The notes below the pieces were generated by a model. That model worked only from the letters and a program-made list of their open reading frames with translations. It did not search any database and was not told the origin of the DNA. Below are positions 8,800 through 19,405 of a stretch of 64,000 nucleotides of DNA, in pieces (within the stretch, counting starts at the first letter, position 1; each line of letters starts with the position of its first letter). Made by a program: the position numbers and the translations under genes. The stretch spans positions 50,775-114,774 of the forward strand of contig LFRU01000082.1 in assembly GCA_001512495.1 (NCBI GenBank). Reading direction: 5' to 3'. The stretch comes from Syntrophothermus sp. DTU052 (GTDB lineage: Bacteria; Bacillota; Syntrophomonadia; Syntrophomonadales; DTU052).

Positions 8800-10551
8800 A
8801 TGAAGTCCAGACGGAAAGAGGTTTTTAATACCTCCAGTGTAATAGGCAACTATCTGAGAATATACTTCGGACAGGAACAGGGGGTTCGGTTGGGTGAGTC
8901 CGGGGTGGTGAGCCTGAAGGTACATCAGGTGGTACCGGGCCGTAAGGGGCAGGTTAAGATCCTGACCAACCGTGATGCCGGACAGTGTTTTTTGGAGTAT
9001 ATTGATCCCGGCCGGGTGGTTCATCTGAGCGTTTTCCATCAACACGGCATAATATGTCCAAGGGAAGTAGCAAAACGGATATTCTGGAACATTGAAGAAT
9101 ATATACAGCAAGAGACCCCATCGTTGAGCTTCGTGGAAAACGACAGACTAAAGAAGGCAGTTGACTACGCACTTAAGATTCAAGTGGTCACCTGTGAGGG
9201 CAAAGGTTTAGTATACGATTTGTTTCAGGGACAGGTTGAACCATTAGACCCAGGAGAACAGGTATTAAATCATGTAAGGGTTCTTATCAAAGTCGATAGT
9301 AACAGATATGATATTATCCTTCCTGTCGCAGCAGCAGTCGAAGAAGCTATCATAGCAGTCGGCCTCGAACTGGGCAAGGTACGTAAAATCATTCACACCA
9401 GAGCTAAAGAACAGGAAAAGAGATTGGCAAACTATGTACTGTTTCCCTGGAGACAACTAAAAAACGTGAGCTACCTTACCCTCCGGGAAAACCAGAACCA
9501 GTTGGTGACGATACTTGCCGACAGATTTGGCAGCATTAAAGAAGTAGAAGATTTCTTGGCCAGCTACACTCCAAGTATATTCCACCGCATGAGCAAAGAC
9601 CAACAGCATAAAAAATGGGGCAATCTTGAAGAACATTTGCAGCAATTGGAAGAGTTGGGCATAGTCAAAAAAACGATTTTCGGAACTTATCTAACCCGGG
9701 ACGGCAAGGAACTGAAAGAATTCATCAACCATCATAGGTGCGAGTTGGAAGCAGAAATAAGACGCAGCATCAGACGGAAACCCAGGAAATCTGGCAGGAT
9801 TCGCAAACTAGGAGAGAATACCGAAAAACCAACCACCATACAATACGTAAACTATAATAAGGTGAAAAGGCAGAATGATGACACCTGGTCGGGTAATTTA
9901 GCTATACCCCAGACTGTGTTACAGGCAAAGAAATCGAGCCTGTTAAGAGGTGAAAACCGCTTAATCATACAAAAGGACGATCTTTATCAATATGAAAGGC
10001 GGCATTACATTCCGATGGATGTCTGCCTGCTGATAGATGCCAGTGGCAGCATGGCCGGCGAGAAGAGACAGGCGGCTTGTTATCTGGCACAACACTTGCT
10101 CCTGAGCGGGCGGGAAAAGGTGGCAGTAGTTACATTTCAGGAGATGAAAGCCCATCTGGCGGTGCCGTTTACCAAAAATCAAAAAACCCTTTCCCGGGGT
10201 TTAAGCAACATAAGACCCGGAGGGTTAACCCCGCTGGCAGATGGAATAGTAACCAGTATTGAAGTAATAGAATCAACCCCGGTCAGCAACCCGGTTCTGA
10301 TCCTGATAACCGATGGAATGCCAAACTTTCCCCTGTGGAGTTTTGATGCCAAAAAAGATGCCCTGGAGGCAGCCTACAAGATAGCCGAGGCTAAAGTAAG
10401 GTTCATCTGTATCGGGGTCGAGTCCAACAAGGAATACCTGAAGAAGCTGGCCCGTAACGGGAGCGGAAAACTGTATATTGTTGATGACCTGAATAGAAGC
10501 AACTTGGTTGACATAATGGCCTACGAAAAGAGGATAGCTGCCTCATATTAA
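8800..10551 (+). CDS. vWA-domain protein with unassigned N-terminal 370 aa (wHTH-like segment, basic linker)
   Basis: C-terminal MIDAS DASGSM plus TPLADG and ITDG motifs; AGGGGTG SD before ATG 8800; LEELGIVKKTIFGTYLTRDGKEL winged-helix-like stretch. Confidence 0.8.
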   Translation: MKSRRKEVFNTSSVIGNYLRIYFGQEQGVRLGESGVVSLKVHQVVPGRKGQVKILTNRDAGQCFLEYIDPGRVVHLSVFHQHGIICPREVAKRIFWNIEEYIQQETPSLSFVENDRLKKAVDYALKIQVVTCEGKGLVYDLFQGQVEPLDPGEQVLNHVRVLIKVDSNRYDIILPVAAAVEEAIIAVGLELGKVRKIIHTRAKEQEKRLANYVLFPWRQLKNVSYLTLRENQNQLVTILADRFGSIKEVEDFLASYTPSIFHRMSKDQQHKKWGNLEEHLQQLEELGIVKKTIFGTYLTRDGKELKEFINHHRCELEAEIRRSIRRKPRKSGRIRKLGENTEKPTTIQYVNYNKVKRQNDDTWSGNLAIPQTVLQAKKSSLLRGENRLIIQKDDLYQYERRHYIPMDVCLLIDASGSMAGEKRQAACYLAQHLLLSGREKVAVVTFQEMKAHLAVPFTKNQKTLSRGLSNIRPGGLTPLADGIVTSIEVIESTPVSNPVLILITDGMPNFPLWSFDAKKDALEAAYKIAEAKVRFICIGVESNKEYLKKLARNGSGKLYIVDDLNRSNLVDIMAYEKRIAASY

Positions 10552-10605
10552 ATAGGCTTAAAGCAGACCAATGGTTTGCTTTAATAACTCCTCCTTCATA
10601 ATGGC

Positions 10606-10637
10606 GAGCGCATTTTATAATGCGCTCCTTTTTTTTT
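10606..10637 (+). terminator. rho-independent terminator
   Basis: gagcgcatt-ttat-aatgcgctc perfect 9-bp stem followed by a 9-T run. Confidence 0.85.
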
Positions 10638-10731
10638 GGCCGGCAATGGATAAATGTGGAATAAAGATCCAGTCCGCGCTGTACACTTTAGAAGGTGTTA
10701 TTGAGGTATTGAAGGGTTGGAGGTGAAGTCA

Positions 10732-11319
10732 TTGAACCGGTATATTACTCTGGCTTTGGTTTTGCTGCTATTGATGGGAACGGTAGGGTGTGGATGGACG
10801 GGTTTGGATGACCAGATTGCATCGTGGAAGGAGATGGTAAAGGAACCCATTGACCAACCACCGGATGATGTGATAGATGAACTGATGCGGGAACCCGATC
10901 CTGAAGAAACCGTAAAGATCAAGGTCCAGCTTTATTTTGCCCGGCAGAACGGTGATGGCCTGGCGGTAGAGGAACGAGAGATTCCCAAGGTGACGGGAAT
11001 TGCCCGGGCAACAATGGAGGAATTGCTGAAAGGGCCCAATACCGAAGACTTGAAATCGGCCTTACCGGCCGGGACCCGCTTGTTGGATATCAACATTACG
11101 CCTGAAGGCACCTGTATTGTCGATTTCAGCTCTCATATTACGGAGGTATCCGGTTCCAGGGCCGAAGCCCTGGCGGTATTTTCCATCGTCAATACTTTAA
11201 GCCAGTTTTCTACCGTAAATAATGTGTCCTTTTTGGTGGAAGGGAAGAAGGTGGATTCGATCGGGGGCGATATCAGCACGGCAGAACCGGTGACGGCGGA
11301 TTACGGTTTGAGCGAATAG
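10732..11319 (+). CDS. GerMN-domain lipoprotein (GerM-like)
   Basis: lipobox LLLLMGTVGC; GerMN-like VQLYFARQNGDGLAVEEREIP...ATMEELLKGP; GGAGGTG SD 6 nt before TTG 10732 (ORF track starts at 10717). Confidence 0.8.
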   Translation: MNRYITLALVLLLLMGTVGCGWTGLDDQIASWKEMVKEPIDQPPDDVIDELMREPDPEETVKIKVQLYFARQNGDGLAVEEREIPKVTGIARATMEELLKGPNTEDLKSALPAGTRLLDINITPEGTCIVDFSSHITEVSGSRAEALAVFSIVNTLSQFSTVNNVSFLVEGKKVDSIGGDISTAEPVTADYGLSE

Positions 11320-11466
11320 GGCCAACCCGGAGGCGTGGTCCGCTCCCGGTTCTGTGATTTATTAATGCGAGGAAACAGATTGTTGCCCCAAGGGCGGTTG
11401 GCGACGATAAGACAACCGTAGTAACCGGATCCATTTGGTTCCGCAGGTGGACCGATAATAGAAAAG

Positions 11467-11496
11467 GCCCCCGGCAGATATGTCATGACCGGGGGC
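11467..11496. terminator. hairpin between convergent genes (possible bidirectional terminator)
   Basis: gcccccgg / ccgggggc 8-bp GC stem with 14-nt loop between gerM-like and satP-like genes. Confidence 0.4.
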
Positions 11497-11525
11497 TGAG
11501 CCTTTCTCTGTCTGGTTGTTGAATC

Positions 11526-12173
11526 CTATGACTTGGGTGCCCACGGCCCGAAGGGCTTTCCTACCGGCAGAACCACTGTTCCGCAGTGGGTATTTAATAC
11601 CGCTGCCGCCGAGCCGTAGAAAGAGAATACTGCTATTCCCAGTTCGGACCAGGCAGCCAGCTTGTGCCAGAACTCCCCGCCCAGTCCCAGGGTGCTGATA
11701 AAAAGACCCAGGAAGAGAAGATCGATCAAAACGAATATTGTAAATAATACCTTGTGAGTACTCATGGCGCCGATAGTCATATAGAGGGTAAAGATGAAGT
11801 AGCCGAGAAAAGCAAATCCGAGCTGATGGATATCAGCGGTGGCCGCGGCCTTCTCGCCGAACATTCCCAGGTTAATCATCCAGGTCATTGCTACCCCGCA
11901 CCAGAATAAACCATAGCCGCAGAATGCGGTAGCGCCAAAAGTGTTGTTGTGTTTGAAATCATATATACCGGCTACCAATTGGGCCAGGGCTCCCAGGAAT
12001 ATGGCCCAGGGCAGAACCAGAGCCACGCTATGGGTGTCTCCCCCGGTAATTCCAAGCTTTTGAGATGAGGCCACCAGGGTGACCATGGCCAAACCCAAGA
12101 GGCCGAGCGCTGACGGGTTGGCTACCACCTCTTGTACCCGCTTGATTTCTCCTTGGACCGACACAATTACCAT
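11526..12173 (-). CDS. acetate/succinate uptake transporter family protein (GPR1/FUN34/YaaH, SatP-like)
   Basis: NPSALGLLGLAMVT signature, six hydrophobic segments, FGATAFCGYGLFW. Confidence 0.85.
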   Translation of the reverse strand: MVIVSVQGEIKRVQEVVANPSALGLLGLAMVTLVASSQKLGITGGDTHSVALVLPWAIFLGALAQLVAGIYDFKHNNTFGATAFCGYGLFWCGVAMTWMINLGMFGEKAAATADIHQLGFAFLGYFIFTLYMTIGAMSTHKVLFTIFVLIDLLFLGLFISTLGLGGEFWHKLAAWSELGIAVFSFYGSAAAVLNTHCGTVVLPVGKPFGPWAPKS

Positions 12174-12587
12174 CCTCCATCAAAAAATGTAGCTGTGTTT
12201 AAGCCCGTTATCTGTCAATATACCGACACCTTTCACTCCCCTCGTTAAGATTTTCACAAAAAGATACAGGTTCATGATAACATCTCAGATACTACCCGGG
12301 CAATAAAAATAACCCAGGAGAAGGAATAATAGTAAGCCGGTTGTATGCGGGAAGTGATACTGAAGGGTATTTATTGCAGGAAAACTTTTTTCGCCCGGTT
12401 ATGGGTGCCGGCCTGTCGGCGGATGTTCCTGCCGCCGGGTGCCCAAATGGGCAGGCTCCTTGTTAACCGGAGCATATTTTGCGATGCCCGGTTGGTAGAT
12501 TATAAAGGGGAGAAGTGATAAATTATTAAAAGGTGTTCGAATAATGCTGTTTATTCCCCATATCGAAGTGAGAGAGGTGCTTCTTAC

Positions 12588-13388
12588 TTGCCGTTTGATA
12601 ATCGGGCCATCGGGGTTTTTGATTCCGGAATAGGGGGGCTTACTGTTGCTCGTCTTATTCAGCAGCAGCTCCCCGGTGAGGATATCATATATATTGGCGA
12701 CACGGCTCACCTGCCCTACGGTGAAAAGTCGGTTTCCCAACTGATAGAATACGCCCGCCGGATTATGGATTTTCTTATGGAAAACCAGGTTAAAGCCATT
12801 GTGGCCGCTTGTAATACCAGTTCTTCCGTGTCCATTGATATCTTGCGGGATGGCTATCCGGTCCCCATTATCGGCGTGGTCAAGCCTGGAGCCCGGGCGG
12901 CGGTGAAGGTCAGTAAAAACCTGCGGATTGGCGTACTGGCAACGGAGGCTACCGTCAAGAGTTCCGCCTACCGCCGGGAGATCCTCAGCATCCAGGGGAA
13001 CGCCCGGGTATGGGAGATCCCCTGCCCGCTGCTGGTACCGGCGGTGGAGCAGGGACGGAACACTGCTCCGGAAATCAGGGAGGCGGTATCTTCTTATCTC
13101 CACCTGCCCCTACAAAACCAGGCGGATACCATTGTTCTGGGCTGTACACATTACCCGTATCTGCAGTCGGTTATTGCCGAGGTTAGCGGAGAACAGGTAA
13201 CCATTGTCGACCCGGCGGTAGAAACCGTAGCCGAACTCAAAAAGGTTTTGGCGGATATGCAGGGATATGCTCGCCGGGAAACGGGGAGGGCAATTTTTTA
13301 CGCCACCGGAAATACTTATTCTTTTACGGAAATTGGAGCCAGGTTTTATGGGAGGGACCTGGGAAGGGTAGAGACCGTGGATATCTAA
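12588..13388 (+). CDS. murI: glutamate racemase
   Basis: GVFDSGIGGLTV, catalytic Cys motifs VAACNTSS and LGCTHYP; TTG start. Confidence 0.92.
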   Translation: MPFDNRAIGVFDSGIGGLTVARLIQQQLPGEDIIYIGDTAHLPYGEKSVSQLIEYARRIMDFLMENQVKAIVAACNTSSSVSIDILRDGYPVPIIGVVKPGARAAVKVSKNLRIGVLATEATVKSSAYRREILSIQGNARVWEIPCPLLVPAVEQGRNTAPEIREAVSSYLHLPLQNQADTIVLGCTHYPYLQSVIAEVSGEQVTIVDPAVETVAELKKVLADMQGYARRETGRAIFYATGNTYSFTEIGARFYGRDLGRVETVDI

Positions 13389-13541
13389 TTCTTCACAATA
13401 AAGCCGGTTGTAATCGAGAATTAGGGCCTACTGCCGGCTGTCAAGCGGCAGCACTCCAAAATGCGGCTGCAGCCTTCGGTACGGTTTCAGAATCGGCCCG
13501 GGGTTCACCGGCTGGGAAAACGTTTCGGGAAAGGGATCGGA

Positions 13542-14372
13542 ATGCGTACCATTCAGTCGGAAGACATAACCAGGGCGGTGGCGGTAGCAGCCATCGAGGC
13601 CAATACCGTGCTGCCCCCTGATATTTACCAGGCATTGAGGACTGCGTATGAGAAGGAAAGACTGCCGCGGGCCAGGTACCTGTTAAAAGTCCTGCTGGAT
13701 AATGCTGATATTGCGAAAAAAGAGGGATTGGCCCTGTGTCAGGACACGGGCATGGTGGTGGTTAACATAATAATTGGACAGGAGGTCCATATCGCCGGTG
13801 ATCTAAAGGAGGCGGTTGATGAAGGGGTAAGATTGGGTTACCGCCAGGGGCACTTTCGGGCTTCAGTGGTGAAGGATCCCCTCATCCGGGTTAATACCGG
13901 CGACAACACCCCCTGCATCATGCACACGGAGATCGTTCCCGGAGACACGGTGCGGATAACCGTATTCCCGAAGGGAGCCGGTAGTGAGAACATGGGCCGG
14001 GTAGCCATGCTCAAGCCTGGTGCCGGAGAACAGGGGATTGTCGATTTTGTAGTGGAGACGGTGGAGATGGCCGGGGGAAATCCCTGCCCGCCGCTGGTAG
14101 TGGGGGTTGGGATTGGTGGTAATATGGAGCTGGCTTCCTACCTGGCCAAGAAGGCATTAATGAGGCCCCTGGGAGCGTCGGGTCCTTATCCGGAACTCCG
14201 GCATAAGCTGCTGGAGTCAATTAACAAGACCGGGATCGGTCCCCAGGGATTAGGGGGAGATACCACTGCTCTGGGGGTCAACATCGAGTCCTTTCCAACA
14301 CATATCGCCAGCCTGCCGGTAGCCGTTAATCTGGGCTGCCACTCAACCCGGCGCTGTACGCGGGAGCTTTAG
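13542..14372 (+). CDS. class I fumarate hydratase / Fe-S hydro-lyase, alpha subunit
   Basis: LCQDTGM motif and length of tartrate/fumarate dehydratase alpha subunit; ATG 13542 chosen over upstream ORF-track start. Confidence 0.88.
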   Translation: MRTIQSEDITRAVAVAAIEANTVLPPDIYQALRTAYEKERLPRARYLLKVLLDNADIAKKEGLALCQDTGMVVVNIIIGQEVHIAGDLKEAVDEGVRLGYRQGHFRASVVKDPLIRVNTGDNTPCIMHTEIVPGDTVRITVFPKGAGSENMGRVAMLKPGAGEQGIVDFVVETVEMAGGNPCPPLVVGVGIGGNMELASYLAKKALMRPLGASGPYPELRHKLLESINKTGIGPQGLGGDTTALGVNIESFPTHIASLPVAVNLGCHSTRRCTREL

Positions 14373-14398
14373 AGGTTTATCGTTAATGGAGGTCTTAA

Positions 14399-14947
14399 AT
14401 GGAGCTTAAGGTGGTAAGAACACCTTTGACAACCGAGGTGGTGCGGTCACTGAGAGCCGGTGACTTTGTAGCCCTGCATGGGGTTGTATATACCGCCCGC
14501 GACGCGGCTCACCGGCGAATGATCCAAGCCATCGTCTCTGGAGAGCCGCTGCCGTTTGATCCGGCGGGACAGGTGATTTATTACACCGGTCCCTGTCCCG
14601 GTTTTAACCATTACCCGCTGGGATCGTGCGGGCCTACCACCAGTGGGCGGATGGATGGTTATACGGTGGAGCTTCTAAAACTTGGAATTAGGGGAATGAT
14701 AGGCAAAGGAGAAAGAGCCGCTGAGGTCAGGGCGGCGATGCAGGAGTACCAGGCAGTGTACCTGGCAACCATCGGTGGCGCCGGAGCCTATTTATCCCGG
14801 AAAGTGCTGCGGGCGGAGATCGTGGCCTATCCGGATCTGGGGCCGGAGGCGGTTATGAGACTGGAAGTGGTTGATTTCCCATGCATTGTGGCAACGGATG
14901 TCCATGGGGGTAATCTCTACAGAGATAACAACAAGGGGGCTATATAA
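14399..14947 (+). CDS. class I fumarate hydratase / Fe-S hydro-lyase, beta subunit
   Basis: GPTTSGRMD and IGKGER motifs, adjacent to alpha subunit. Confidence 0.88.
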   Translation: MELKVVRTPLTTEVVRSLRAGDFVALHGVVYTARDAAHRRMIQAIVSGEPLPFDPAGQVIYYTGPCPGFNHYPLGSCGPTTSGRMDGYTVELLKLGIRGMIGKGERAAEVRAAMQEYQAVYLATIGGAGAYLSRKVLRAEIVAYPDLGPEAVMRLEVVDFPCIVATDVHGGNLYRDNNKGAI

Positions 14948-14949
14948 AG

Positions 14950-15675
14950 ATGCGTAATAACGGAAGACGGCCTGATGAGATGAGGCCGGTTAAAATAACA
15001 CCCAACTACCTGAAATATGCAGAGGGCTCGGTATTGATCGAGGCAGGAGACACGCGGGTCATATGTGCAGCCTCAGTCGAGGACAAGGTCCCGCCCTTTT
15101 TGAAGGGGACCGGCTCAGGCTGGGTGACAGCCGAATACGGCCTGCTGCCGCGTTCCACCGAGACGCGGAACGTTAGAGAGGCATCCCGGGGAAAGGTGAG
15201 CGGTCGGACCTCGGAGATTCAGCGCTTGGTGGGAAGGTCTCTAAGGGCGGCAGTGGATTTTGAGGCCCTGGGTGAAAGGACCATCTGGATCGATTGTGAT
15301 GTTATCCAGGCTGATGGAGGCACCCGCACCGCTTCAATAACCGGGGCTTTCGTAGCAATGTGCCTGGCTATGAGAGTATTAAAGGAGCAGGGATTAATTG
15401 AGAGGATGCCGGTTAAAGACTATGTAGCCGCCATCAGTGTTGGTATTGTTGACGATGAGGTTATTCTCGACCTTGATTATGCGGAAGACTCCCGGGCTGA
15501 GGTGGACATGAACGTGGTCATGAACGGCCAGGGAGAATTCATAGAGATTCAGGGAACGGCTGAGGGTAAACCCTTTACCCGGACCCAGATGGATAGGCTT
15601 CTCGATCTGGCTGCCGGGGGCATCAGAGAACTTATTGATATACAAATGGGTATTATAGGAGAAATAGGTGAATGA
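14950..15675 (+). CDS. rph: ribonuclease PH
   Basis: [31 protein letters not shown]. Confidence 0.95.
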   Translation: MRNNGRRPDEMRPVKITPNYLKYAEGSVLIEAGDTRVICAASVEDKVPPFLKGTGSGWVTAEYGLLPRSTETRNVREASRGKVSGRTSEIQRLVGRSLRAAVDFEALGERTIWIDCDVIQADGGTRTASITGAFVAMCLAMRVLKEQGLIERMPVKDYVAAISVGIVDDEVILDLDYAEDSRAEVDMNVVMNGQGEFIEIQGTAEGKPFTRTQMDRLLDLAAGGIRELIDIQMGIIGEIGE

Positions 15676-16265
15676 AAGCAGATCTGGTGATAGCCTCGCG
15701 TAACGAGAAAAAGAAAAGGGAACTGCTGCAGGTTATAGGAGACCTGGACCTGGAAGTTGCGACCTTAAACGAATTTCCCCAGGCGCCGGAAGTTGAAGAG
15801 GATGGGATGACCTTTCGCGAGAATGCGGTCAAAAAGGCCCGCGAGATTGCTGATTTTACCGGGCGTATGACTCTCGCAGACGATTCGGGTCTGGAAGTAG
15901 ATGCGCTGGGAGGACTCCCCGGGGTGCACTCAGCCCGTTTCGCCGGTGAACCCTCCAATGACGAGCGCAATAATCAGAAACTCCTGGAGATGCTGGAGGG
16001 CGTCCCCGCTCAGGAACGAACTGCCCGTTTTCGCTGTGTAATTGCCATCGCTTTCCCCGATGGCCGGGTTGAGACTGCTGAAGATACCTGCGAAGGCCGG
16101 ATTGGTTTCACACCCCGAGGCCAGGCGGGTTTCGGTTACGATCCTCTATTCATTCCCGATGGATATGACCTGACCTTCGCCGAGTTGAGCCCGGAGGTAA
16201 AAAACCGCATAAGCCACCGGGGAAAGGCATTACAGAAGGCAAAAAAGCTACTGCAAAGTATTTAG
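15672..16265 (+). CDS. rdgB: XTP/dITP diphosphatase (RdgB/HAM1 family)
   Basis: [44 protein letters not shown]; 4-nt overlap with rph. Confidence 0.92.
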   Translation: MKADLVIASRNEKKKRELLQVIGDLDLEVATLNEFPQAPEVEEDGMTFRENAVKKAREIADFTGRMTLADDSGLEVDALGGLPGVHSARFAGEPSNDERNNQKLLEMLEGVPAQERTARFRCVIAIAFPDGRVETAEDTCEGRIGFTPRGQAGFGYDPLFIPDGYDLTFAELSPEVKNRISHRGKALQKAKKLLQSI

Positions 16266-16371
16266 AGTGCTTAACCGGGCTGGCGTATCGCTTAACCAGT
16301 CAATGCTAAAGGCTGTTCCCGGCAAATAGTGCCGGTGTTGGTACAACGCTGTTGATGGGGAGGGTTTTCCG

Positions 16372-16848
16372 TTGCTGGTTGCGGTGGTCGGGGATACCCA
16401 TGGCCGTTGGGAACCTGTACATAAAGAGATTAAGTCGCTCCCCGGATTAGAAGTTTTGCTTCATACCGGGGACCATTACCAGGATGGCAGGGTATTGGCC
16501 CGCAAGCTGAAAATCAAGGGTTATTCGGTAGTTGGCAACTGTGACCGTGCCGGCGGGGTGAGAGAGAAGGTTCTGGAACTGGAAGGGCACCGAATTCTTC
16601 TTACCCACGGACACCTCTATCGCGTAAAACAGACCATGAACCACCTCTACTACAAAGCCCGAGAGGGCCGATACGATATTGTCGTCTTTGGACATACCCA
16701 TGTTCCCTTCCTGGAAAAGGTGGATGGCATCTGGTTTATCAATCCGGGAAGTCCCACTTATCCCCGCTACGGTATCCCTACCTACGGCTTGATGGAGCTC
16801 CTTCCAGGCCGAGCTGAACTGCGGATCGTAGAGATGAAACGGGCCTAG
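16372..16848 (+). CDS. YfcE/YsnB-type metallophosphoesterase
   Basis: VVGDTHG, HTGD, THGH, GHTH metal-ligand motifs; conserved position after rph-rdgB. Confidence 0.85.
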   Translation: MLVAVVGDTHGRWEPVHKEIKSLPGLEVLLHTGDHYQDGRVLARKLKIKGYSVVGNCDRAGGVREKVLELEGHRILLTHGHLYRVKQTMNHLYYKAREGRYDIVVFGHTHVPFLEKVDGIWFINPGSPTYPRYGIPTYGLMELLPGRAELRIVEMKRA

Positions 16849-16910
16849 CCCCCGAGGATGGTAGCTTCATTGACAAAAGTTCGGCATTGAAGGTACAATA
16901 AATGTTGCGT

Positions 16911-16988
16911 CGGGGTGTAGCGCAGTTTGGCTAGCGCGCCTGCCTTGGGAGCAGGAGGTCGAAGGTTCAAATCCTTTCACCCCGACCA
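16911..16988 (+). tRNA. tRNA-Pro (anticodon UGG), CCA encoded
   Basis: cloverleaf read by eye: acceptor cggggtg/caccccg, anticodon loop cuUGGga, T-loop ggttcaaatcc. Confidence 0.9.
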
Positions 16989-17167
16989 TCTCATTTCTTG
17001 AGAACGCCGCAATGTTCAAACTTAAGCGGTTTCAGGATTAACATTAGAGGAGCAGGCACTCTCCATACGAATCCAGCACATACGCCTCGTGTCATTCTCC
17101 CGCCCCCGAACTGCCTTTAATTACCACGTTTCCAGGGCAGGACCTGGCAATTTTCTGTCGAAGCAAT

Positions 17168-18472
17168 TTGAAGCAACATACAATTTGCAATACATACGGA
17201 TGCAATATGATTAACACCAGAAGCTCACTCATCAAAAAATATCTATACATAGTTGTACTGGCGATTTTTGCGTTATTTATCGGACCATGGCTTTCCACTG
17301 CGTCCGCGGCCACCGGGTCAAGCTCGCCGCGGGTTATCCTCAATGGCAGAGAACTGGATTTTGAAGTCCCGCCGATTATTGAAAACTCCCGGACTTTGGT
17401 CCCGCTGCGGGGAATATTTGAGGCCATGGGAGCAAACGTTGACTGGAATGCTGCCAGCCGTGTTGTTACCGCCAGCAAAGGAGCTATTGCCGTCATACTG
17501 CCCGTTGACTCCAGCACGGCCATAGTAAATGGCAATCCATGCATCCTGGATGTACCCCCCAGGATAGTAAGTGGCCGGACTTTAGCTCCGCTGCGTTTTG
17601 TTGGTGAGGCCTTTGGCGGCAGGGTTACCTGGGACGGCAAAACAAAGACCGTTTACATCAGCAACGCGTCGGTTGATAAACCGGCTGCGGTAAAGGTAAA
17701 TGCTAACCAGGTTAATCTTAGAAATGGACCTTCAACGCTTACAGCAGTGGTAGGCCGCGCCGGTTTCGGGGAAATATTTGAAGTCCTGGAAGAGCAGGAT
17801 GGCTGGTATCGGGTCAGCCGTGGAAGTGAAACGGCATGGCTGGCAGGTTGGCTGGTTGTAGCCGGTCCCCCGGCAGGTACACCTGAGCCTGAGCCTCAAC
17901 CCCAGGAAAGAATAGTGGTTCTGGATGCCGGGCACGGGGGCTTTGATCCGGGTGCGAGCGGAAATACACTCAAGGAAAAAGATGTTAACCTGAAAATAAC
18001 TCAGGGCGTGGGAGAATTGCTTGCGCAAAAAGGCGTTACCGTCGTCTATACTCGTAGTGATGACCGCTATGTCAGTCTGGAGGAACGGAGCAGTATTGCT
18101 AATAGGTTAAACGCCAGTATTTTTGTATCAATACATAATAACGCCGGTGACCTACCATCTGCATCTGGAACCGAAACCTATTTCTATGCTCCGGCTAGTA
18201 ATCTGGATCTATTTGCTCAGCGTGAGGCCAGGGCTAAGTTAGCTAAAGCCATACAGACAGAATTGGTTTCCATGCTATTAAGAAAGGACCGCGGGGTGAA
18301 AGAGGCCAATTTATCAGTCTTAAGAAATACGCTGATGCCTTCGGCGTTAGTTGAGGTAGTTTTTATAAGCAATCCCATGGAAGAAGCTCTATTGCAAAAC
18401 AACGATTTTATCAATCGGGCAGCATTAGGCATTGCCAACGGCATAATGGCTTTCATGAATGATATTGATTGA
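17168..18472 (+). CDS. N-acetylmuramoyl-L-alanine amidase with copper-amine-oxidase-like stalk repeats and SH3b domain
   Basis: two RTL(V/A)PLR...W(N/D) repeats, SH3-like VNLRNGPS...GWYRV, Amidase_3 LDAGHGGFDPGA ... SIHNNA; start may be ATG 17207. Confidence 0.85.
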   Translation: MKQHTICNTYGCNMINTRSSLIKKYLYIVVLAIFALFIGPWLSTASAATGSSSPRVILNGRELDFEVPPIIENSRTLVPLRGIFEAMGANVDWNAASRVVTASKGAIAVILPVDSSTAIVNGNPCILDVPPRIVSGRTLAPLRFVGEAFGGRVTWDGKTKTVYISNASVDKPAAVKVNANQVNLRNGPSTLTAVVGRAGFGEIFEVLEEQDGWYRVSRGSETAWLAGWLVVAGPPAGTPEPEPQPQERIVVLDAGHGGFDPGASGNTLKEKDVNLKITQGVGELLAQKGVTVVYTRSDDRYVSLEERSSIANRLNASIFVSIHNNAGDLPSASGTETYFYAPASNLDLFAQREARAKLAKAIQTELVSMLLRKDRGVKEANLSVLRNTLMPSALVEVVFISNPMEEALLQNNDFINRAALGIANGIMAFMNDID

Positions 18473-18539
18473 ACAAACCGGCACAGTGTGATAGATTCGC
18501 ATTGAGGTGGGCAGAGAGAGTTCAACGGGAGGCCGGTCA

Positions 18540-19322
18540 ATGTTCAACAGCAGCCGATGTCAAGATGTAGTGGTTGGGCAGTGGACATGTTCCCTGATGG
18601 TTTATACGACTCTTATCTACCTCTATGTGGTAGATGGGCTTTTGATTGATACCGGACCCAAACGCCTGCAGCGGCAGAGCAGCATGTTCTTTCTGAGGAA
18701 TTCGATTAACCAGGTTGCACTGTCCCATCTTCATGAAGATCATTCCGGAATGGCCGCATGGCTTGAGCACAACTTGCAAATACCAATATACCTGCATGAG
18801 ATGGCAATTCCCGAGGCAAAAGAACGAGGCAAATATCGATTATACCGTCAACTGATGTGGGGGAACCGCCCTGCATTCACACCGCAGCCGTTTCCGGAAG
18901 TGTTAACGACCGGGAAATACACTTTTGATGTAATAGACTCTCCTGGTCATACAGAGCATCATAAGGTATTTCACGAGAAGAATCAGGGTTGGCTTTTTAC
19001 GGGTGATATTTATGTAGCCCCCAAACAGTTGGTGGCAATGTACGATGAGAACATGAAGGATACCATAGTTTCACTGCAAAAGCTTCTGCGGCTCGATTTC
19101 GATACCGTGTTCTGTGCACACAATGGGGTGATAGAGAATGGAAAGGCTGCACTTCAGAAAAAGCTTGATTATATGCTGGACTTACAGGGAAAAGTCGAAG
19201 GATTACGACGGCAGGGATTGACGGATAGAGAAATCGATCACAAGCTGTTCCCCAAGATCCCGTTGATTGCTAAAGTGTCCGGAGGTGAATGGTCTTCCTA
19301 CAACATTGTAAAGACGTTATAG
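18540..19322 (+). CDS. MBL-fold metallo-hydrolase
   Basis: HLHEDHSG zinc motif, DSPGHTEHH; GGGAGG SD before ATG 18540. Confidence 0.8.
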   Translation: MFNSSRCQDVVVGQWTCSLMVYTTLIYLYVVDGLLIDTGPKRLQRQSSMFFLRNSINQVALSHLHEDHSGMAAWLEHNLQIPIYLHEMAIPEAKERGKYRLYRQLMWGNRPAFTPQPFPEVLTTGKYTFDVIDSPGHTEHHKVFHEKNQGWLFTGDIYVAPKQLVAMYDENMKDTIVSLQKLLRLDFDTVFCAHNGVIENGKAALQKKLDYMLDLQGKVEGLRRQGLTDREIDHKLFPKIPLIAKVSGGEWSSYNIVKTL

Positions 19323-19405
19323 TATTGATGCTGCCGCCAGCAATTTTTTAGGTTTGGAGAAGGATAAAGAAGGGTTAACCTAACATATATTCTCGAGGTG
19401 ATTAG

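Noticed and set aside
8743-9111. 122-aa minus-strand ORF at the start of the vWA gene
   Set aside because: It is antisense to a gene in a tight plus-strand operon and has no SD or motif.
12174-12587. Possible riboswitch in the 410-bp region between satP and murI
   Set aside because: Some GC-rich stems are visible (e.g. ggcgg...ccgcc around 12415-12440), but I could not match any known riboswitch core by eye. An Rfam scan would be needed.
12399-13103. 234-aa minus-strand ORF
   Set aside because: It lies antisense to the well-supported murI gene and the upstream leader. Its composition is not protein-like and it has no motif.
17092-17640. 182-aa minus-strand ORF
   Set aside because: It is antisense to the amidase gene N-terminal repeats, so it is an Ala/Gly/Ser-rich artefact.
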